Shown here in pieces: positions 9,414 through 17,615 of a stretch of 64,000 bases of DNA (its first letter is position 1; each line of letters starts with the position of its first letter). Source of the stretch: Sphingopyxis sp. (GTDB lineage: Bacteria; Pseudomonadota; Alphaproteobacteria; Sphingomonadales; Sphingomonadaceae); NCBI GenBank assembly GCA_035685745.1, contig DASSAA010000004.1, positions 45,662 through 109,661 of the forward strand. Direction: 5' to 3'. The notes below the pieces were generated by a model. The model made no database searches and was not told the DNA's origin. It saw only the letters and a program-made list of their open reading frames with translations. The position numbers and the translations under genes are program-made.

Positions 9414-10503
9414 TTTGGCGCTCTTCGATGGAATCTTCGAAATAATGCGCACCCGGGATCAGTTCCAGACGCTTGTCCTTGGATCCAAGGAAATCAAAGA
9501 TTTTTTGTGCGTCGCTTGGGAATACGCCGGTATCCGCCGTGCCCTGCACCACCAATGATGGCGTCACATGCTTGGCCAGATGTGGCTGGCCTTGGCATGG
9601 GGAGGTTTCAAGGCTCCACATATTCAACCAGGTCTTGATCGTATTGGCACGGCCGATGCTAGGCGTGCGATTGGCGATAGCCGGAACGCCGCGATAGCAA
9701 AGATTGGGCTGACGATCTGATGGATCAATCGTAGGATCGACGCAGCGAATATCGCCCCACACGCGGAACAAGGGGAAAATGCGATCCGGAATGCCAGCAT
9801 CATTCAAACGCTTCAGTTCGGCCTTGGCCCAATCGGTGATGCGCTGGTTACGCGCCCGCTGTGCCGCACGATATTTAACAATGAATTCAGCCGAATATGG
9901 TGGGCCATTATCAGGATTGAACGGATCCAGTTCCGGATCGGTGGCCACGGGATCATTTTCATCGATCACCGATGCATCCAGCCAATCGGTCAACACTTCA
10001 GGGCGGCCCTGATGGGCGTTAAAGCTGATGTACAGATCGCCCTTCACCAATTGCGCCAGTGCATCCTGCCCAGCGGAGGACAAACGGTCCGTCAGCGTCG
10101 GCGCGATGGCTTCTGCCTGATAAGCCCCCATCAGCGAGCCGCCGCCGGAATTGCCAAGGATCACAATCTGCTCGACACCAGCAACTTCTTTCAGCCACTT
10201 CATGCCCACGCCAATATCCAAAATGGCATGTTCCAACAGGAATTGATCTTCCATGCCGCGATAGCGGGTGTTCCAACCTAGGAAACCAAAGCCCTGACGC
10301 GCAAAATATGGCGCAATATAATGTTCTGAAAAATCAACATTATAATGGGTCGCGATAATCGCAACTTTCGGGCGGGTGCCCGATTTCGTCCAATAAATAC
10401 CTTGGCATGGATGGCCGCCCGCCTGAATGCGCGGCGCCGTTGGCGATACCAACCCGACAAATTGCGCGTCCAGCCCTTCATTCCCATTGGGATTCATCAT
10501 CAT
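9370..10503 (-). CDS. Alpha/beta hydrolase (377 aa, uncharacterised subfamily)
   Basis: Nucleophile elbow ILGNSGGGSL, acid VVQGTADTG, His IPGAHYFE. Three consecutive ATGs lie at 10503, 10500 and 10497, downstream of AGGAG. Confidence 0.75.
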   Translation of the reverse strand: MMMNPNGNEGLDAQFVGLVSPTAPRIQAGGHPCQGIYWTKSGTRPKVAIIATHYNVDFSEHYIAPYFARQGFGFLGWNTRYRGMEDQFLLEHAILDIGVGMKWLKEVAGVEQIVILGNSGGGSLMGAYQAEAIAPTLTDRLSSAGQDALAQLVKGDLYISFNAHQGRPEVLTDWLDASVIDENDPVATDPELDPFNPDNGPPYSAEFIVKYRAAQRARNQRITDWAKAELKRLNDAGIPDRIFPLFRVWGDIRCVDPTIDPSDRQPNLCYRGVPAIANRTPSIGRANTIKTWLNMWSLETSPCQGQPHLAKHVTPSLVVQGTADTGVFPSDAQKIFDFLGSKDKRLELIPGAHYFEDSIEERQNAADLVGAWIREKL

Positions 10504-10523
10504 TTCTCCTGCTTATCTATAAT

Positions 10524-12158
10524 TTAGCGGGTTGCTTCAAACGGCAGTTTATAGCCATCTAGCCCGGCGCGGATCGCTTTTTTGTCGATTTTTCCAGTTG
10601 GACCAAGCGGGATATCCGCTACAAACAACACATCATCCGGCATCCACCATTTGGCGATCTTGCCATCCAAATAGGCTTTGATTTCATCAGCGGTAGCCGA
10701 CGCGCCATCTTTCAATTGGCACAGCAATATCGGGCGCTCATCCCATTTAGGATGCGCAATGCCGACCACGGCGGCAAGCGCCACAGCCTGATGACCCACA
10801 GCGATATTTTCAATCTCAATCGAGCTGATCCACTCGCCGCCAGATTTCACCACATCCTTGGCGCGATCAGTGATTTGCATATAGCCTTGCGCATCGATGG
10901 TGCTGACATCGCCCGTATCGAAAAAGCCCTCATCATCCAGCACATCGCCGCCATCACCGCCGAAATAACCGCGGGCAATTGTGGGGCCTTTAATCATCAG
11001 GCGGCCCGGGGTCTTTCCATCATGTGGCAGGCGTTCGCCCGCATCATCGACCAGCTTCATATCCAAGCCGCACAGCAGCCGCCCCTGCTTCAGCTTATAG
11101 GCCATTTGCGCATCATCGGGCATGGCCGCTACCGCAGCATTGGGCACAGCGACAGTCCCCAGCGGCGACGTTTCCGTCATCCCCCACCCCTGAATAACAT
11201 CAACACCATAATCATCGCGAAAAGTGCGGACGATGGATTCGGGGCAAGCAGAGCCGCCGATCGTCACCCGCTCCAGCGTAGTGAAGCGTTTGCCATTTTC
11301 CTGCATATATTGCAGCAGCATCTGCCACACAGTTGGTACGGCGGCGCTATAGGTTACGCCTTCCTGCTCGATCAGATTATAAATGGATTCGCCATCCATC
11401 CGCTGGCCCGGCAACACCAGCTTGGCGCCAACCGCGGGCGCGGAATAGACAACGCCCCAAGCGTTGGCATGATACATTGGCACAATCAACAACACCGTAT
11501 CACGAGCCGACAACCCCAACGCATCGCGTTGCAAGGTCATCAAAGCATGAATATAATTGGATCGGTGCGAATAAAGCACACCCTTAGGATTGCCCGTTGT
11601 GCCAGAGGTGTAACACAATCCGCAAGCCGAATTTTCATCAAAATCGCCCCAGATATATTCATCCGAATGATCGGCAATCCAATCATCAAAAGCGACGGCG
11701 GCAAAGCTCGTCTTAGGCAGTGAGGCCTGATCGCAAAAGAAAATCACCTTTTCAATGCTGGGCACTTGCGGCAGCAACTCTTCCAACAACTCAGCCGTAG
11801 CAAGGTCGGCAATCAGCAAACGATCATTGGCATGATTGGCGATATAGGCGATCTGCTCCACAAACAGGCGCGGGTTCAGCGTGTGCAGCACCACGCCCAT
11901 TCCGGCAGCGCCATACCATGCCGCCAAATGGCGTCCGCTGTTCCAGCCCATGCTGGCAACCCGGTCGCCCGGCTTCATCCCTTCTGCGGCCAGAGCATTG
12001 GAAACGCGCTTCGCATCGCGATGGATATCGGCATAATTGGTCCGCGTGACGACACCATCAGCGTCACGCGATACCACGTCGCGCTCGCCATGCCATGCTG
12101 CGGCATGATCGATGATCCGATCAACCGTCAGCGGAACATTTTGCATTAAACCGTCCAT
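10524..12158 (-). CDS. AMP-dependent acyl-CoA ligase (long-chain fatty-acid-CoA ligase-like)
   Basis: AMP-binding motif YTSGTTGNPKGV, plus GWGMTE, TGD and KSGGEWIS. The ORF extends to GTG 12167. ATG 12158 has AGAGGTGG 5 nt upstream. Confidence 0.9.
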   Translation of the reverse strand: MDGLMQNVPLTVDRIIDHAAAWHGERDVVSRDADGVVTRTNYADIHRDAKRVSNALAAEGMKPGDRVASMGWNSGRHLAAWYGAAGMGVVLHTLNPRLFVEQIAYIANHANDRLLIADLATAELLEELLPQVPSIEKVIFFCDQASLPKTSFAAVAFDDWIADHSDEYIWGDFDENSACGLCYTSGTTGNPKGVLYSHRSNYIHALMTLQRDALGLSARDTVLLIVPMYHANAWGVVYSAPAVGAKLVLPGQRMDGESIYNLIEQEGVTYSAAVPTVWQMLLQYMQENGKRFTTLERVTIGGSACPESIVRTFRDDYGVDVIQGWGMTETSPLGTVAVPNAAVAAMPDDAQMAYKLKQGRLLCGLDMKLVDDAGERLPHDGKTPGRLMIKGPTIARGYFGGDGGDVLDDEGFFDTGDVSTIDAQGYMQITDRAKDVVKSGGEWISSIEIENIAVGHQAVALAAVVGIAHPKWDERPILLCQLKDGASATADEIKAYLDGKIAKWWMPDDVLFVADIPLGPTGKIDKKAIRAGLDGYKLPFEATR

Positions 12159-12307
12159 AGCGCCCACCTCTTTGCACTCCCCAATATAGATAGTAAACTA
12201 AGCATTTTATTTTGGCAACGCCGCTTTGCTTGCTTCGACCTCATCGCTCCGCTAACTTAGGGCAGTCGGCATATTGCCTTCCCGCTGAGGTATATCGTTC
12301 GCCACCC

Positions 12308-12787
12308 ATGTCCACGCAACAGCTTATTATCGCCTTATTTCAGCGCTTTTGCTGGCTAGACGAAGGATTGCAAGCGCGCCTTCACAATCGTGGATGGCCA
12401 GATATCAGCCGACCCCAGTCAATGATCATGACCAATATCGTCAGCAATATCACCCGACCATCCGATATTGCGCGCAATTTAGGCCTTTCACGACAAGCCA
12501 TCCACAACACCATCAACCAGATGGTTAAAATGGATATCGTTCGCCTCACCCCCGACCCTGACGATCGCCGACACATGATCTTGTCGCTTACCGAAGCGGG
12601 CGCAAGGATGCGGCATGATGCGCAGCAAGCGATGGATGCGTTAACCGGTCAAATCGCCGAAAAGCTTGGGGCTGAGCAATTGTCAGCCCTGATGCAAATG
12701 CTTGAGGCCGACTGGGGCGATAATATGGAAAACCATAGTCCAGCCGACCCTAGCCCAGCTTATCAAAAAGCCGCCGCGCGCCTATAA
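12308..12787 (+). CDS. MarR family transcriptional regulator
   Basis: Winged-helix core PSDIARNLGLSRQAIHNTINQMVKMDIV.L.PDPDDRR. Start taken at MSTQQL (ATG 12308). The longer ORF from 12212 is probably leader sequence. Confidence 0.85.
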   Translation: MSTQQLIIALFQRFCWLDEGLQARLHNRGWPDISRPQSMIMTNIVSNITRPSDIARNLGLSRQAIHNTINQMVKMDIVRLTPDPDDRRHMILSLTEAGARMRHDAQQAMDALTGQIAEKLGAEQLSALMQMLEADWGDNMENHSPADPSPAYQKAAARL

Positions 12788-12859
12788 CGCCGTACCAATT
12801 GTAACGCCGTGTCAATTCGCGCGGTCGATTAACGCAAAAATCTCGCCGCCGTCGGATCC

Positions 12860-13435
12860 TTAGGCCGCAAGCGCGCGGGTAACCGCAACCATGCGAGCCG
12901 CTGTCATCTCGATCAGTGATGCCGGCAGCGCGTCGACCAGATTTCCATCCTCGTCAAATGCCGTATGTGCAGCGGGAATCAGCACCTGTTCCGGAATAAC
13001 CAGGCTTTGAACGGTGGAGAGAATCTGCCGCAAATGCGTCGCCGCACGAATACCACCAAAGGGACTGAGCGATGCCGACATCACAGCGCTGACCTTGCCG
13101 CGATAGGCTGCTAGCGCCACCAGTGATTCGCTGCCGGTGGGGCGCGAAGCCCAGTCGATCGCATTTTTCAGCAGCGGCGTGATGGAGCCATTATATTCCG
13201 GGGTGACAAACAGCAGCCCATCCTGCTCGGCAAATAAAGTCTTGAGCCGCTCGGCATCGGCAGGAAAATTATCCGCCTCAAGCGCGGCCGAATAGAGCGG
13301 CAAATCAAATTGTGCCAAATCCACATGGGTGACCTTGGCACCCTGTACTTCAAGCGCACGGATCGCCAAATCACCAAGCTTCCGGTTAAAGGAGCCTTCT
13401 CTCGTGCTTCCCACTATGACCGCAATTTTTGTCAA
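12860..13435 (-). CDS. NADPH-dependent FMN reductase family oxidoreductase
   Basis: MTKIAVIVGSTREGSFNRKL and FVTPEYNGS motifs. TTG start with GGGAGGG 4 nt upstream. Confidence 0.85.
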   Translation of the reverse strand: MTKIAVIVGSTREGSFNRKLGDLAIRALEVQGAKVTHVDLAQFDLPLYSAALEADNFPADAERLKTLFAEQDGLLFVTPEYNGSITPLLKNAIDWASRPTGSESLVALAAYRGKVSAVMSASLSPFGGIRAATHLRQILSTVQSLVIPEQVLIPAAHTAFDEDGNLVDALPASLIEMTAARMVAVTRALAA

Positions 13436-13505
13436 TCTACCCTCCCGATATAATGATTAGCCTCCTAAGCTATCAATCGGAAGTGGTGCAAGCCCCTTGG
13501 TGGTG

Positions 13506-14012
13506 TCAGGCCTTGATATCTGACACCACCGTCAATTTTTCCGTTTCATCGGCCAGATTGTCGATCACCCGCCGCATCAAGGCCTGCAAGCTTTCTACCT
13601 CATCATTGCTCATGCCGCGCGTTGCAATTTCATGCACTTCGGCGTTCATCGGCGCGAGGATCAATTCCAATTCCTTGGCGTGCGGCGTCAGATATATGAA
13701 TGTTTTCCGGCGATCTTCATTGGTTTTCTTGCGGGTGATAAAGCCCGCTTTTTCCAAGCCTTTCAGCGCCACCACAGTCGTCGGCTCACGCATCCCCACA
13801 CGCTTGCTCAATTCGCGCTGGGTGATTCCATCTTCGCGCCACAACTGCCGCAGAAACCGCCATTGACCCGCGGACACCGAATGGGTCAGCGTTCCTCGTT
13901 CCAGCAGGGTAGAGAAGGACCGAAAAACAATGCGCGCCAGATAGCCAATACTATTTGTCGGGTCCGTATAATAATCCGCCGGATGCCGAAGTTTCTGGTT
14001 GTTTTTTATCAA
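13506..14012 (-). CDS. MarR family transcriptional regulator
   Basis: GITQRELSKRVGMREPTTVVALKGLEKAGFI.R....DRR. 168 aa, TTG start preceded by GGGGAGGGG. Confidence 0.85.
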   Translation of the reverse strand: MIKNNQKLRHPADYYTDPTNSIGYLARIVFRSFSTLLERGTLTHSVSAGQWRFLRQLWREDGITQRELSKRVGMREPTTVVALKGLEKAGFITRKKTNEDRRKTFIYLTPHAKELELILAPMNAEVHEIATRGMSNDEVESLQALMRRVIDNLADETEKLTVVSDIKA

Positions 14013-14109
14013 GTCTCTTCCCCTCCCCTCAACCCCTAGAGTCCAATGACTCGGGCCGCAACAGGCTTTGGCTCTTTGATAGCAGTAGACAAAAGCGGTC
14101 CACCAGCTT

Positions 14110-14125
14110 ACTTAGCATACTAAGT
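14110..14125. promoter_or_regulatory. Near-perfect 16-bp palindrome ACTTAGCATACTAAGT upstream of leuD
   Basis: 14 of 16 positions are self-complementary. It ends 16 nt before the leuD ATG, in the divergent MarR/leuD region. A related box lies at 16307..16326 upstream of leuC. Confidence 0.3.
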
Positions 14126-14140
14126 TATTGGAATAGATAT

Positions 14141-14731
14141 ATGCAAAAATTTACCCAACTGACGGCCGTTGCCGCTCCACTCGCCATCGCCAACATCGAT
14201 ACAGATATGGTCATTCCGGCCAAATATATGCAAGCGCTCACCCGGAACGGCCTTGGAAAACATCTGTTTCAGGAAATGCGCTATCATGACGATGGCACGG
14301 ATCGTGCGGATTTCATCCTCAACAGCGAAGCCTGCCGCAAGGCGCGGATTTTAATTGCTGATCGCAATTTCGGATGCGGCTCGTCCCGCGAACATGCCGT
14401 TTGGGCGCTGACCGATTTCGGAATAGCCTGTGTTATCGCGCCCAGCTTTGGCGATATTTTTTCAAACAATGCGCGAAAAAATGGCCTGCTGCTGATTCGT
14501 CTGGCGGATGATCTTTGCGAACGCTTGCGCGCTGAGATGGCTTTATCGCAATATGCGCCCATTACGGTTGATCTAGAGGCGCAGCAAATCCGCTTAGCAT
14601 CTGGCGAGATCATCCCCTTCGATATCGATCCCGATGATCGCCACACGCTGATGGAGGGGCTGGACGATATCACCCGCACCCTGCGCCATGAAGCCGCGAT
14701 CACGGATTATGAAGCGCGCGCGCTAATCTAA
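14141..14731 (+). CDS. leuD: 3-isopropylmalate dehydratase small subunit
   Basis: MQKFTQLTAVAAPLAIANIDTDMVIPAKY ... NFGCGSSREHAVWAL is canonical LeuD. The ORF-track start at 13955 is an upstream extension that overlaps the MarR gene. Confidence 0.9.
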   Translation: MQKFTQLTAVAAPLAIANIDTDMVIPAKYMQALTRNGLGKHLFQEMRYHDDGTDRADFILNSEACRKARILIADRNFGCGSSREHAVWALTDFGIACVIAPSFGDIFSNNARKNGLLLIRLADDLCERLRAEMALSQYAPITVDLEAQQIRLASGEIIPFDIDPDDRHTLMEGLDDITRTLRHEAAITDYEARALI

Positions 14732-14812
14732 AGCTGCTCCTTGAAGCTGAAAGCAGCTTCAGGCGGAAGATACCTCTCCGCCCATTTCCCTACCACCATC
14801 ATGGCGGGCCAA

Positions 14813-14839
14813 GCCCTGCCCCGGCAAACGGGGCAGGGC
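14813..14839. terminator. GC-rich hairpin between convergent leuD and leuC (11-bp stem GCCCTGCCCCG / CGGGGCAGGGC)
   Basis: Perfect inverted repeat with a 5-nt loop in the 118-bp convergent spacer. Neither side has a strong U-tract. Confidence 0.45.
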
Positions 14840-14849
14840 ATAATTCCCG

Positions 14850-16280
14850 TCAGCCGGGCAGTTGAGCAAGGCTGGCGGGATCGGTAATATAGCCCGCAAT
14901 CGCGCTGGCCGCGGCCAAGGCCGGGCTCATCAAATGGGTGCGCCCGCCCCGCCCCTGTCGATTTTCAAAATTGCGGTTGGAAGTGGCGGCACAACGCTCA
15001 CCCGGCTGCAATTTATCCGCGTTCATGCCGACACACATAGAACAGCCCGGCTCGCGCCAATCAAAGCCTGCGGCCTGCAAAATCTGGTCGATCCCTTCGG
15101 CCTCAGCCTGTCTTTTCACCAACCCCGAACCCGGCACGACCATAGCGCGCACATGCGGCGCAATCTGCCGTCCCTTCACAATATCCGCAGCGATCCGCAA
15201 ATCTTCAATCCGGCTGTTGGTGCAACTGCCAATAAACACCCGGTCCAGCCGCGTCCCCGCGATGGGCGCGCCCGCCTGCAAATCCATATAGGCCAAGGCG
15301 CGGGCCGCCGTGGCGCGGGCTTCATCATCCGGCAGCGCCTCTGCCATCGGAATATGACCATGAATGGCAACCACCTGCGACGGGTTGGTTCCCCAGCTCA
15401 CCATCGGCGCGACACTCGCGGCATCAAGCGACACTTCGCGATCATAAGACGCCCCCGCATCGGAAGGCAGGCTGCGCCAGCGCGCCACGGCCTGATCCCA
15501 TGCCTCCCCCTGTGGTGCGGCGGGCCGCCCTTTCACATAAGCATAGGTTACCTCATCGGGCGCAATCAGCCCGGCCCGCGCGCCCATTTCGATGCTCAAA
15601 TTGCACAGGGTCATCCGCCCTTCCATGCTGAGCGCGCGGATAGCCGCGCCGCAATATTCGATCACATGCCCCGTCGCACCATCCACCCCGATGATGCCCA
15701 GCAGGTGCAAAGCCAGATCTTTGGCGGAAACATGAGCAGCCAATTCGCCATCCACCAGCACCCGCATATTTTTAGATTTGCGCTGGCGAACGGTCTGGGT
15801 TGCCAGCACATGCTCCACCTCGGATGTGCCAATACCAAAGGCCAAAGCACCAAAAGCGCCATGGGTGGAGCTGTGGCTATCCCCGCAAACAATGGTCATG
15901 CCCGGTTGCGAACGCCCCTGCTCCGGGCCGACCACATGGACAATGCCGCCGCGCGGATCGCCCATCGGGAAATTCTCCACCCCGAAACGGCGGGTATTTT
16001 CCACCAGCATTTCCAACTGCGCCCGCGCCGCAGGATCGCGAACGCCTGCAGGCCCGGCCGCCTGCCCTTCGGTTGGCACATTATGATCGGATAAAGCCAG
16101 CGTCAGTTCGGGACGGCGCACTGGCAGACCCGCTGCATCCAAGCCAGCGAAAGCTTGCGGCGACGTGACCTCGTGCAGCAGATGCAGGTCGATATAGAGC
16201 AATGTTTCCCCATCATCGTCCGCCACGGCGTGCGCGTCCCAAATTTTATCATAAAGCGTGCGCGGATTTGCCACTGTCAT
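14850..16280 (-). CDS. leuC: 3-isopropylmalate dehydratase large subunit
   Basis: [38 protein letters not shown] and CSMCVGMN (aconitase-family Fe-S ligands). ATG 16280 ([12 protein letters not shown]) is preferred over the TTG at 16298. Confidence 0.92.
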   Translation of the reverse strand: MTVANPRTLYDKIWDAHAVADDDGETLLYIDLHLLHEVTSPQAFAGLDAAGLPVRRPELTLALSDHNVPTEGQAAGPAGVRDPAARAQLEMLVENTRRFGVENFPMGDPRGGIVHVVGPEQGRSQPGMTIVCGDSHSSTHGAFGALAFGIGTSEVEHVLATQTVRQRKSKNMRVLVDGELAAHVSAKDLALHLLGIIGVDGATGHVIEYCGAAIRALSMEGRMTLCNLSIEMGARAGLIAPDEVTYAYVKGRPAAPQGEAWDQAVARWRSLPSDAGASYDREVSLDAASVAPMVSWGTNPSQVVAIHGHIPMAEALPDDEARATAARALAYMDLQAGAPIAGTRLDRVFIGSCTNSRIEDLRIAADIVKGRQIAPHVRAMVVPGSGLVKRQAEAEGIDQILQAAGFDWREPGCSMCVGMNADKLQPGERCAATSNRNFENRQGRGGRTHLMSPALAAASAIAGYITDPASLAQLPG

Positions 16281-16515
16281 CGAAATGCCTAGCCTCAAAG
16301 CGAAAATACTTAGATAGCTAACTTATAAGCTGGATGTTCGAGATCGGGCAAGGCTTTTCAAGACATTGGTCGCAAGCAATTCGGAGCATCGCACGATCAT
16401 AAGGCTCAATATTGGATATAATTTTCGTAAATGCTCGGTAAGCTCCCAGCCGCAAGGCGCCTTCTTTCGTGATGGCGCGCCACTGTTTCAAGCGGCTTGA
16501 TCTTGCACCAGCGCA

Positions 16516-16540
16516 TTAATTTGCTTAGCAAGCTAATTAA
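16516..16540. promoter_or_regulatory. 25-bp near-palindrome TTAATTTGCTTAGCAAGCTAATTAA
   Basis: 20 of 25 positions are self-complementary (outer arms TTAATT/AATTAA, inner GCTT/AAGC). It lies in the 350-bp non-coding region between leuC and the DMT gene. Confidence 0.25.
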
Positions 16541-16646
16541 ATAATTACTGCCGGCGCAACCGGTGATTCTATGCAAGGGAAAGACGCATGATATCGCAAA
16601 GGCTGGGGTTCCAGACCAACAGTGAAACCATGCGGCGCTGCCCGGC

Positions 16647-17558
16647 ATGAACATCATCTGGCTTCCTGCATCGCTGCTAGGCGGTCTGCTGCAAGCATGG
16701 CGCACCGCGCTGCAACAAAGGTTGCGGGCCGAACTCAGCGTCAGCGCAGCCGGGTTGGTGCGCTATCTATATGGTCTGCCCTTCGCCTTTTTCATGGCGG
16801 CCCTATGGCTGACGATGAACGGCACATCCGTCCCAAGCTTCACGGGTGATTTTTATCTCTTCTCCACCATCGGGGCGCTCACCCAAATGGCTGGCACCAT
16901 TTTGTTGATCATGTCTTTCGGGCATCGCGGCTTTGTCGTGGGAACCGCCTTTTCCAAAACAGAGGCTATTCAAGCCGCGCTGGTCACCGCCATTTTCCTG
17001 AATGAACATCTGCCATTATTGGCATGGGCGGGCATCCTCATCGGGGTCGCGGGCGTTCTGACACTCGCCTTGGCGGGGCAAGGGCTTGGATCCCGCCAGC
17101 TATGGCAATCCTTAAGGCAGCCAGCCGCACTGTGCGGCCTTGGCGCTGGGGCGATGTTTGCCTGCGCAGCCATTGCGGTAAAGCTGGCAACTGCCGAAAT
17201 ATCCAGCGTCGGCCTCATCGGATCGGCGCTGGTGACACTGGTGGTGGTGATGGCCCTGCAAAGCGCGCTGCATCTCGGCTGGATGGCGTGGCGTGATCGT
17301 GACGCCCTCCCCGGCGTCTGGAGCAGCTATCGCACCTCCGGACAGGTGGGGCTGCTCTCGGCGCTTGGCTCTGCCTGCTGGTATATCGGCTTTGCCGCTG
17401 CCCCGGCTGCGCTGGTGCGCATCGTCGGTCAGGTCGAAGTGGTTTTCACGATCATCTTTGCGCGCTTCTATTTGCGCGATGTCGTGCGCTGGCCTGAAAT
17501 CATCGGGCTGATGCTGGTCGCCATTGGCGTGATATTGGCATTGTTCGCAGCCCTTTAA
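16647..17558 (+). CDS. DMT (EamA-like) family transporter
   Basis: 303 aa with about 10 TM segments, duplicated EamA-type architecture and Gly/Ala-rich helices. Confidence 0.8.
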   Translation: MNIIWLPASLLGGLLQAWRTALQQRLRAELSVSAAGLVRYLYGLPFAFFMAALWLTMNGTSVPSFTGDFYLFSTIGALTQMAGTILLIMSFGHRGFVVGTAFSKTEAIQAALVTAIFLNEHLPLLAWAGILIGVAGVLTLALAGQGLGSRQLWQSLRQPAALCGLGAGAMFACAAIAVKLATAEISSVGLIGSALVTLVVVMALQSALHLGWMAWRDRDALPGVWSSYRTSGQVGLLSALGSACWYIGFAAAPAALVRIVGQVEVVFTIIFARFYLRDVVRWPEIIGLMLVAIGVILALFAAL

Positions 17559-17615
17559 AACCTCGCTAAATCTCGATCAGGCAATCACCATCATCCGGCT
17601 GAGGTCGCCGGATTG

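Noticed and set aside
13955-14140. The upstream 62 codons of the leuD track ORF. The same applies to 41941-42222 upstream of the DUF3800 protein and 53603-53848 upstream of the ECF sigma.
   Set aside because: Each extension overlaps a neighbouring gene or intergenic signal and precedes a Met that matches the family's normal N-terminus.
16406-16705. A 99-aa minus-strand ORF in the leuC/DMT intergenic region.
   Set aside because: It is Cys/Trp/Arg-rich with no motif, and it overlaps the DMT start. I treat it as non-coding, and the region is reported as a finding instead.
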